Below are positions 57,223-64,000 of a DNA stretch of 64,000 nucleotides, in pieces. The translations under genes and the position numbers were made by a program. The notes under the pieces were generated by a model. The model ran no database searches. It saw only the letters and a program-made list of their open reading frames with translations, and was not told the origin of the DNA. Each line of letters opens with the position of its first letter. The first letter of the stretch is position 1. This DNA comes from a virus (Duplodnaviria; Caudoviricetes), in IMG/VR virus record IMGVR_UViG_3300027747_002427; one strand, 5' to 3'.

Positions 57223-57633
57223 ATGAAACACCCAAAACTAAGATTAAGAAATGCTGAAGGTTTGGGAGATATTGTAGCATGTATTTTACATTCTAAGTTT
57301 ATAGGTATTATAACTCATTTTATAACAGGAAAAGATAAACCTTGCCAAACTTGCTCTCAAAGAGCATATGCTTTAAACGTTTTATTTCCTATAAAGGTTT
57401 GGAGATTAAGATTTAAAGATAGAGAAAGTTTTTTAATATCTTTAAAAAAAGAATATGATGAATATAATCTTAATAATCATATTGAGATTAAAAAACCAGC
57501 TCCTGAGGAACCAGAACCCATAAATATTGAAAAGCCAAAGATGGAAACTATTACAGGATATAACTTAATATCTAGTTCAGATGAATCAATAGGAGAACAT
57601 TTAGTAAGAGTTCAAATCTTTAAAAGAAAATAA
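57223..57633 (+). CDS. Small GLGD...CxxC..R..LN protein, putative metal-binding
   Basis: EGLGDIVA...GKDKPCQTCSQRAYALNVLFP; TAAATA 6 nt upstream. Confidence 0.65.
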   Translation: MKHPKLRLRNAEGLGDIVACILHSKFIGIITHFITGKDKPCQTCSQRAYALNVLFPIKVWRLRFKDRESFLISLKKEYDEYNLNNHIEIKKPAPEEPEPINIEKPKMETITGYNLISSSDESIGEHLVRVQIFKRK

Positions 57634-57634
57634 T

Positions 57635-58096
57635 ATGGAAGTAGAAATTATTAAAATAAAATCAGAAGGTGTGTCTCTTGATCCAACGAGACAATTCGGA
57701 GTTACATTAAAGAAGATTCATTCTTCCATTCACCTATTACATTGGTATGCAGCAGATATTAATGTTCATGAAATTCTCGGAGATCTTTATGAGACTCTAG
57801 ATGGTTTATTTGACAAACTCCAAGAAGAAATAATTGGTACATCAAGAATTCAAAATTCATTATTTCCTAGTATTAATTCAAATATAAATTTAGAAGACAT
57901 AAATCAATACAAGGGAGATGCAGAGGATATTTTATCTAATTATAAAAAGATAAATGAATTTACACAAAACCTATTAACTTCTTTAGAGTTCAATAATTAT
58001 GTAACCACTGTAAAGTCTGGTATCAATAATACCAAGGAAGATATTCTTTCTGCTTTTAATAAAGCAAATTATCTTCTTTCTTTAGTTAATCTTTAA
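57635..58096 (+). CDS. Ferritin/Dps-like four-helix protein (DUF5856-like)
   Basis: IHLLHW....HEILGDLYETLDGLFDKLQEEIIG ferroxidase-like H/D/E pattern; ends KANYLLSL. Confidence 0.72.
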   Translation: MEVEIIKIKSEGVSLDPTRQFGVTLKKIHSSIHLLHWYAADINVHEILGDLYETLDGLFDKLQEEIIGTSRIQNSLFPSINSNINLEDINQYKGDAEDILSNYKKINEFTQNLLTSLEFNNYVTTVKSGINNTKEDILSAFNKANYLLSLVNL

Positions 58097-59115
58097 TAAA
58101 GATTATATTTGTTGTTGAGATACTTCTCAACATTTAGTCTCTCTTCTGTTGAGAGAGCTCTATTATAAAAAAGAATTTCAGACACTTTACAAGGTGTTGA
58201 TAGACTATTTTGTACATAACAACCAACCCAGAATCCACCAGTAGAAAATAAAGGAGCATCAAAATTTAATCCGGTATCAGCTTTTACTAAAGTTCCTTTA
58301 TTGTCAGCGTATAATTTACCGTTTATAAATGCTTGAGCATAAGGTTGATTGAAGACTGCTTCAAACATATAACGGCTTGAAGTTGGAGGATAGAATCCGG
58401 GCACATAACCATAATAGTCTGTCAACTCAATTTCATATAAAGTTGTAGGATATGTAGATGCCACTGGAGTTAGAGTAAGACCAGAAGTAGGTTGTTGCCA
58501 TAATATTTTAATATAACCATTAGATCCATTTCCTCCAAAAGTATTAACTGTAGACAACGGACCACCACCACCACCACCGCTACCATACCCTACACCACTC
58601 AACCCGTTTAGATATGATTTATTAGAACCATCTCCTCCACCACCCAAGCCACCCAAGCCACCCAAAGAATTAGATTGAGATCCACCACCACCACCAGCTC
58701 CAAAATAGGTATTCTCTGATAAAAAGTAATATCCATCTACACCGTTTAAAGCATTAAAATCAATTGTTCCAAAAGCACCTCCAGAAGATCCATATGATAA
58801 AGTACCTGATCCACCCAATACCATAGTTCCATTAAAGATAGCAGAACCTAAACCACCACCAGACCCCCCAAAAGCTGTTAAAGAACCAAAATAACTTGCT
58901 ACACCAGGATTACCAGCACTTCCACTCAGTCCTAAACCGCCACTACCTACTTTAAGAGGAATTGTAGAACCTGGAGCAATATTTATTACTGTATAAGATA
59001 TACCACCACCACCGCCTCCTTGACCACCAGCATCAGATGTATTACTACCGCCACCAGCTCCACCTCCGCCGATTACTAAAGCAGTAATGGAAGTAACTCT
59101 TGAGGAACTGTAAAA
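58093..59115 (-). CDS. Gly-rich domain plus second half of a LamG domain; probable detached 3' part of the giant upstream gene
   Basis: The frame is open from 59115 (no standard start until ATG 58824) and is the same frame as the upstream giant ORF. Reads VTSITALVIGGGGAGG...GSNGYIKILW then AFINGK..FWVG..SEILFYNRALSTEERLNVEKYLNNKY. Confidence 0.7.
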   Translation of the reverse strand, partial: FYSSSRVTSITALVIGGGGAGGGSNTSDAGGQGGGGGGISYTVINIAPGSTIPLKVGSGGLGLSGSAGNPGVASYFGSLTAFGGSGGGLGSAIFNGTMVLGGSGTLSYGSSGGAFGTIDFNALNGVDGYYFLSENTYFGAGGGGGSQSNSLGGLGGLGGGGDGSNKSYLNGLSGVGYGSGGGGGGPLSTVNTFGGNGSNGYIKILWQQPTSGLTLTPVASTYPTTLYEIELTDYYGYVPGFYPPTSSRYMFEAVFNQPYAQAFINGKLYADNKGTLVKADTGLNFDAPLFSTGGFWVGCYVQNSLSTPCKVSEILFYNRALSTEERLNVEKYLNNKYNLY

Positions 59116-59118
59116 CTA

Positions 59119-62100
59119 TTAATTACCTGTACTAGACCAATATAGAGATTGGACAGCCCACATATTATAAGGCAATTCTTCTACTGATGATAGATACTCT
59201 GTAGTAGCAACTTTTGTAGGCCATCCTTGATTGTTACCAAAGTCAAAAACAAAATCCCCATATCTTTGTCCGAAGGCTAAAGAACCTTTTGTAACATAAT
59301 TTTGATCTAAGGCACTCACATATTGACCGAAAGATGCCATTACTTGATAATTTTTATAAGCATAATCATTTTCTATATTTTCATAAGAACCTATTATGAA
59401 CATAGTAGCTGTAGCAAAATTTAAATTAAAAGCATTAGTAAAATTACTGGTAGAATTAAAGTATATACTATGGATATTATTTTCTATTTGTAAAATAGGT
59501 GTTCCACTTATAGCAACAAGATTATTATTTTTACCACTACGATCCATCCATTTTAAGACATTAGATCCGTGTTCAGCTTGAATATCATCTAGAAGACCGC
59601 TAGAAGCTATTTGATTAATAGTTCCTCTATCAGCTGAGAACCACATATATAAACCATCTACGTCTACTGGAGAGAATGGTTTATATATACCATAATCATT
59701 TCCGTATATATCTGTTCTCCAATTATCTAATTTTCCTTTATTTGTTAGTAATTTTTCTTTTCTTAAAGCATATTGTTCAGCTGGTAATTCCTGTCTGAAG
59801 GTAAGTGGATATTCTTTTGAATTATTCCAAGTACCTGGAATAGCTGGTGTCCAAAATTCAAACACATCCGTTTGTCTCGATAGCCCATAATGATTTTTAC
59901 CATATACTTCATAACTGGTTTGATATGGTGTAAGCTTTTGATTTTCTAAAGTATTAATAATAACACCACCTTTAGAAGCAGAACTATAAGGTTCCATCAT
60001 CCATTTATTAGTTATATTTGTAATCTTGGTTGGACTTATTTGATCCTTTTTAGTTAGACCTCTATTTCTAGGACCAAACTTTTCTAAATCTAAAAACATT
60101 CTTTCAGCACTTATTGAATCTATATATGTTAAAGATTCATTATCTAATTTTATTGAATAACCCTTTCCTCTATAAAAAGGAGTTCCTAATTTTTCTGGCA
60201 ATAGATATTCCCCGACTTGCTTATCACTAACTGCTTGAGAAGGAAAAGAAACTGTTGCTACAGTTGGGTAGTGAACATTATCTAAATGTGCATATGGTTC
60301 ATTTGGTTGTATAGCTACTCCAGTGTGATAGGTCACAAAGCTCTTTAAACATCTATTTAAATAATAAAGATCTTGAGTGTAGTTAAAACCGTTTCTAGCA
60401 TAATAATTGTAATATGCTGGTTTAAAAGAAGAATAACTTTCTAATGTTAGATAGCTTGGTAAATTAGTATCTTCTATAATCTCGTCTAATTTACCTGATC
60501 TTAAGAAATCCTGTAAGTTGGAATAATCTTCTTTGAAAGTCAATTGTTTCCAATTATAAGAAGATAAAGAAACACCAAAGTTTAAGGGCTCTGACCAAAC
60601 AAGCGAATCTTTATTGTTTCTTACATATTGTATGTTATCTCCTGTATTAAAAATTAAAGATGAAATTTCTGGTTGATGTAAAGGAGTATAGTCATTAAAG
60701 AATCTTACATGACCACCAAAAGCATTGACCCCTTTAAAGAAATTATAATTAGAATCTGGTGACGTATATACTTTACCCCAGAAAGGTTTGCCTCCATAGG
60801 GATCACCTAAAGCCGATGCTGTGAAATAACTATTGTCATAATCCCAACCATCTAATTTTACATTTACGGTAAATGAAATACTAGGAGTTATAAAAGATGC
60901 ATTAATAATTGCAGCTGTATAATTAACAGCTGATCGGTGTACATATGTTAAATAATCTCCTGGAGTTATTATCATATCTGATAATTCATTAGTAGCCGAC
61001 CAATTTCCATTAACGTCTCTTATAGCCTTGTACCAAGTAGGTCTAACAGAAATTGTATTACCTAATTTCATAGAAATGTATTCTGCAAAAGAATTTTCAT
61101 CTCCATCTCCAGATACTAGATATCTTTGTAAATCAAAATAATCTGCCATGTTGGATGACATGGATTTTACAGTATCGTCAAAATAAGAACGTTCTCCTAT
61201 ATTGACTCCATATATTTCTATTTTATCATTTTTTAAATCCAATGCTATTGATGCTGCATCATCAAATGGGCGTAAAGCAAAATGGCTCTTGTTTCTGTAA
61301 AGTGTTTCTTCTCCGTCACTGAATATTAATATTTTCTTTTTTCCGTTTTGAGGAATGTTTTGAGGTGTACCTAATTTGTGAGTTTGTTGATAAATGTAAT
61401 AACCAAGGTTGTTACAGAGACTAGCTAAATAAGCATTACTATTATTAATTTTAGTATCATTAGTAACGACTCTAGTATCTAAAATATTTTGAGCTAATAA
61501 TAAAGCGTCTGATATATCTGTTTGATTTACTGCTGGATCTTTTGATACTTGTAATTGATCAACAAAAAGTTCTAAAGCACTAAAATTTTTCGTCAACCAA
61601 CTCAAACGAGAAGCTACACTACCAAAAGCTATAACAGATATTTGAACTTGATTTTTATTGTTATTTAAAATTTTATCTATAGTTGTTGTAACTATATTTT
61701 TAACTTTACTTAAACTATATGATTGAGACTTACTAACGTCTATCATTATAACTAAATCATAAACTTCAGAACTAGAATACAAACCATTTACATTTTTATA
61801 AGCATAATTAGAAACAAAATAAGGTGCAACATTACCACTAGATTTATCAGTTCTTAATGAGGATCTGTAATAGGTATAACGCTTACCGGTTTTTAATATG
61901 AAAGAAGCTCCTGTACCCGTCCTCCAATAACCTTTGCCCCATCCTACTTGTTTATCTCCTCCAGTTATTTTGTAATAACTAAATTGAGGGCTATTATATA
62001 CGTCCAACCCTCTAGTATCCTTCCAAGTATTAGTTGCAAAATCAACTCCGTAACCCTCTGGATCAGCAAAAAGATAATCAGCCATTCCATTATAATCTCT

Positions 62101-63999
62101 TAAATTATTTCCCTCATGACCTATTGGAGAATATTGTACAGACTTACAAGTACATTTAGTCCAAGAATCTAAACTATTGATAGGATTTACATTTTGATAA
62201 TCTTGATCTTTATAATAATTGTGTGGATAATTTTTACCATATTGACAATTAGGTAAATGCTCTACATACTTAAATACCTCGTCGGCTGGAGTATCTGGAT
62301 CCATCCAAACAAAAGAAACTTTATCTGATCCGTTTACTTTAAAAGAACAAGAATTCTGAACTGGTCCATCTATATAAGTAGCACATTTTGTAGCCGGTGT
62401 ATCATATATTTGTATAGCACCTTTTAGAGCATCTAAATTTGTTATTGATCCTGCTCCTAGCCAAGCAGCTTCCATTGGATCTCCACCTCGGTTATTTAAT
62501 TTATATATTACATCTGAATCAGAAAAATTAAATCCAGCCACAGCTCCGACCATAGCATAACTTGGATTAATATTTCCTAAGATAATTGGCAAACAACAAT
62601 CTTCTTTAATTGTAATAGGCAAATTATCAGAACTGGTAACAAAGGTTTGTATAGGCCAGTGAATATTATTAGCTCCTAAAGCGATTGGTAAATCTGTTCT
62701 TTGGAATTTAAATAAATATGATTGATCTATTACACCGTTATTAATTTCACTATAAATAGGTAAAGAAGCTTCTTGTTTTGTTTTCTTTATTATATTATCT
62801 GCTTCTGGAGAAAATTCTGAAGCATATGCTCCCGAATCTATTAAAGTTGTTTGATTGATGTAAATTGAATTACTAGAAGTATTAGGCAAAGAAAAAGAAT
62901 AATAATCACTTAACAATTTAACTTTTGATTGTGTAGCAAGTTTATCTATACCTTCGTTAATAGTATCATCTATAGCATATCCTTGGAATGTTAATTCTTT
63001 AGAAGATATTTTAATACCAGGGAAAGGAAATATAAAATCTCTAGTAGAAGCTCCATTTATATTAACAACTATATTCAAGTCTTGTCTTTCTGTGTGTGGT
63101 CCTTGCAACCAAGCTCCTTCGACAATACCGTTTTTATCTGTAAAAATTAAATCTGAATTGGTATAATTGGTTCCTCCAGTGGCACTTGAAGAAACAAAAT
63201 TAGAATTATTAATGTATACTGGATCTAAATTGTTATTGAAAATATCATTATTTAATATTTTATTTCCGCTTGGCCAATAGAACCAATTATTACCTTGCTC
63301 AAATTTTAAATTTAAAACAACATCAGGTATATTAACATCTTCCAATCTTACAGCAGTTAAACCATAAACCGGTTCTCCAAGGTATTTGGTCGAAGCATGT
63401 ATTTCATTATAAACCAAATTAGTAGCAAAGGAAGATAAAGAAACTGTTGATAATGATGGAGTATTTAAAACATAATCTTTAAAAATATTTGATAAAGGTG
63501 TATCAGCTACTCTTGGTAAAAGCTTTGTAGAAATAATTGTATTGATCTCTTCTTCATTTAAACCTTCTAAAGGAAATGTATTTGATAAAGAATTTATATC
63601 TAGATATTGATTTATATTAACAGAAGGGTCTGAATCAAAATATGATTGAGTATCATGTAATTCTTCTAATTCAATAAAGAAATTGTCTTTTACAGCAGAA
63701 AGATCTGGGAAGTAATTTATTAAAGGTGAAGCTGGTACTTGGGTAATAGAATTTTTTGTATTGGTAAATCCTCTTAAAACATATTCATAAAGTAATTTTT
63801 CTAAACCCTCATTGGAACCTACTAAATTATATTTTAACTTTGCTCTCTTAACGTTTTCTCTTTTGTTTTGTAAAACTGTGGCTATCTGTCTTAATTTCTT
63901 AGCAAAGAAAGGAATTGCATAAATTAAATTTTCGTCACTATTATAATCTATATTTCTTAAGAAAGGGTCTTGGGTTTCAGCATTTGCAAATAAGAAACT
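59119..63999 (-). CDS. Giant virion protein, 5'-truncated by the window; vWA (MIDAS) domain and first half of a LamG domain
   Basis: Manual translation shows the frame open from 63999 (SFLFANAETQDPFLRNIDY...), so TTG 63417 is internal. vWA: LVIMIDVSKSQS..VIAFGS..TDISDAL..LIFSDG. LamG start: LYMWFSAD..KWMDRSG. Confidence 0.82.
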   Translation of the reverse strand, partial: SFLFANAETQDPFLRNIDYNSDENLIYAIPFFAKKLRQIATVLQNKRENVKRAKLKYNLVGSNEGLEKLLYEYVLRGFTNTKNSITQVPASPLINYFPDLSAVKDNFFIELEELHDTQSYFDSDPSVNINQYLDINSLSNTFPLEGLNEEEINTIISTKLLPRVADTPLSNIFKDYVLNTPSLSTVSLSSFATNLVYNEIHASTKYLGEPVYGLTAVRLEDVNIPDVVLNLKFEQGNNWFYWPSGNKILNNDIFNNNLDPVYINNSNFVSSSATGGTNYTNSDLIFTDKNGIVEGAWLQGPHTERQDLNIVVNINGASTRDFIFPFPGIKISSKELTFQGYAIDDTINEGIDKLATQSKVKLLSDYYSFSLPNTSSNSIYINQTTLIDSGAYASEFSPEADNIIKKTKQEASLPIYSEINNGVIDQSYLFKFQRTDLPIALGANNIHWPIQTFVTSSDNLPITIKEDCCLPIILGNINPSYAMVGAVAGFNFSDSDVIYKLNNRGGDPMEAAWLGAGSITNLDALKGAIQIYDTPATKCATYIDGPVQNSCSFKVNGSDKVSFVWMDPDTPADEVFKYVEHLPNCQYGKNYPHNYYKDQDYQNVNPINSLDSWTKCTCKSVQYSPIGHEGNNLRDYNGMADYLFADPEGYGVDFATNTWKDTRGLDVYNSPQFSYYKITGGDKQVGWGKGYWRTGTGASFILKTGKRYTYYRSSLRTDKSSGNVAPYFVSNYAYKNVNGLYSSSEVYDLVIMIDVSKSQSYSLSKVKNIVTTTIDKILNNNKNQVQISVIAFGSVASRLSWLTKNFSALELFVDQLQVSKDPAVNQTDISDALLLAQNILDTRVVTNDTKINNSNAYLASLCNNLGYYIYQQTHKLGTPQNIPQNGKKKILIFSDGEETLYRNKSHFALRPFDDAASIALDLKNDKIEIYGVNIGERSYFDDTVKSMSSNMADYFDLQRYLVSGDGDENSFAEYISMKLGNTISVRPTWYKAIRDVNGNWSATNELSDMIITPGDYLTYVHRSAVNYTAAIINASFITPSISFTVNVKLDGWDYDNSYFTASALGDPYGGKPFWGKVYTSPDSNYNFFKGVNAFGGHVRFFNDYTPLHQPEISSLIFNTGDNIQYVRNNKDSLVWSEPLNFGVSLSSYNWKQLTFKEDYSNLQDFLRSGKLDEIIEDTNLPSYLTLESYSSFKPAYYNYYARNGFNYTQDLYYLNRCLKSFVTYHTGVAIQPNEPYAHLDNVHYPTVATVSFPSQAVSDKQVGEYLLPEKLGTPFYRGKGYSIKLDNESLTYIDSISAERMFLDLEKFGPRNRGLTKKDQISPTKITNITNKWMMEPYSSASKGGVIINTLENQKLTPYQTSYEVYGKNHYGLSRQTDVFEFWTPAIPGTWNNSKEYPLTFRQELPAEQYALRKEKLLTNKGKLDNWRTDIYGNDYGIYKPFSPVDVDGLYMWFSADRGTINQIASSGLLDDIQAEHGSNVLKWMDRSGKNNNLVAISGTPILQIENNIHSIYFNSTSNFTNAFNLNFATATMFIIGSYENIENDYAYKNYQVMASFGQYVSALDQNYVTKGSLAFGQRYGDFVFDFGNNQGWPTKVATTEYLSSVEELPYNMWAVQSLYWSSTGN

Positions 64000-64000
64000 A

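Noticed and set aside
59116-59121. Stop-codon reassignment as the explanation for the in-frame TAA-TAG
   Set aside because: TAA would also need recoding, and TAG (primase 7047-7049, gp4 15940-15942) and TGA (6050-6052, 15482-15484) end well-defined genes normally.
56070-59130. Invertible segment bounded by the oppositely oriented Gly-rich domains
   Set aside because: Similarity is protein-level and low-complexity; I found no exact inverted repeat and no recombinase gene in the window.
1912-59581. Short opposite-strand or alternate-frame ORFs in the track (e.g. 1912..2211, 5650..5931, 7068..7280, 16334..16516, 17964..18167, 19145..19366, 21063..21416, 35686..35916, 36172..36549, 40315..40548, 43414..43692, 45655..45960, 49603..49929, 59396..59581)
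   Set aside because: They lie within or largely overlap well-supported genes, show shadow-frame composition and have no motifs or promoter context.
63415-63417. TTG 63417 as the start of the giant minus-strand gene
   Set aside because: The frame stays open with protein-like sequence to the window end.
1-64000. tRNA, rRNA, self-splicing introns, inteins, homing endonucleases, transposases
   Set aside because: Intergenic gaps are about 100 nt or less with no cloverleaf seen, and core genes (portal, primase, helicase, gp44, gp23) are uninterrupted and of normal length. gp4 is TnsA-like but is the standard head-completion nuclease. A tRNAscan/Infernal run would be needed to exclude small RNAs formally.

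Overview
This is a 64-kb, AT-rich, densely coding segment of a large T4-like myophage. It carries the T4 core: portal gp20, primase gp61, gp15, gp13, gp4, protease gp21, scaffold gp22, major capsid gp23, gp16-like, clamp loader gp44 and gp62-like, and baseplate gp25 and gp6. These genes are in a rearranged order. From ~25.9 kb to the window end lies a ~38-kb block of very large baseplate/tail-fibre genes with PKD, beta-propeller, RCC1, beta-helix, LamG, vWA and Gly-rich domains. The strongest candidate for an undescribed system is a tightly coupled operon at 7733-10335: queC (with an altered substrate loop), a glycosyltransferase, a class II glutamine amidotransferase and a DUF366-like ligase-fold gene. 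It looks like a novel 7-deazaguanine-type DNA, RNA or protein modification pathway. Other notable points: (1) both sigma70-type and late (TAARTA) promoters sit so close to start codons that most mRNAs look leaderless; (2) a giant vWA/LamG virion gene is broken by TAA-TAG through an apparent pair of compensating indels at ~59090-59125; (3) a modular fibre set shares an N-terminal docking module and lies next to an uncalled 41-aa LLQEDG microprotein; (4) a 14-residue Trp/Tyr stalk repeat recurs in several genes. Several starts in the supplied ORF track are corrected, and the genes at both window edges are truncated. All family assignments come from motif recognition, not database searches.
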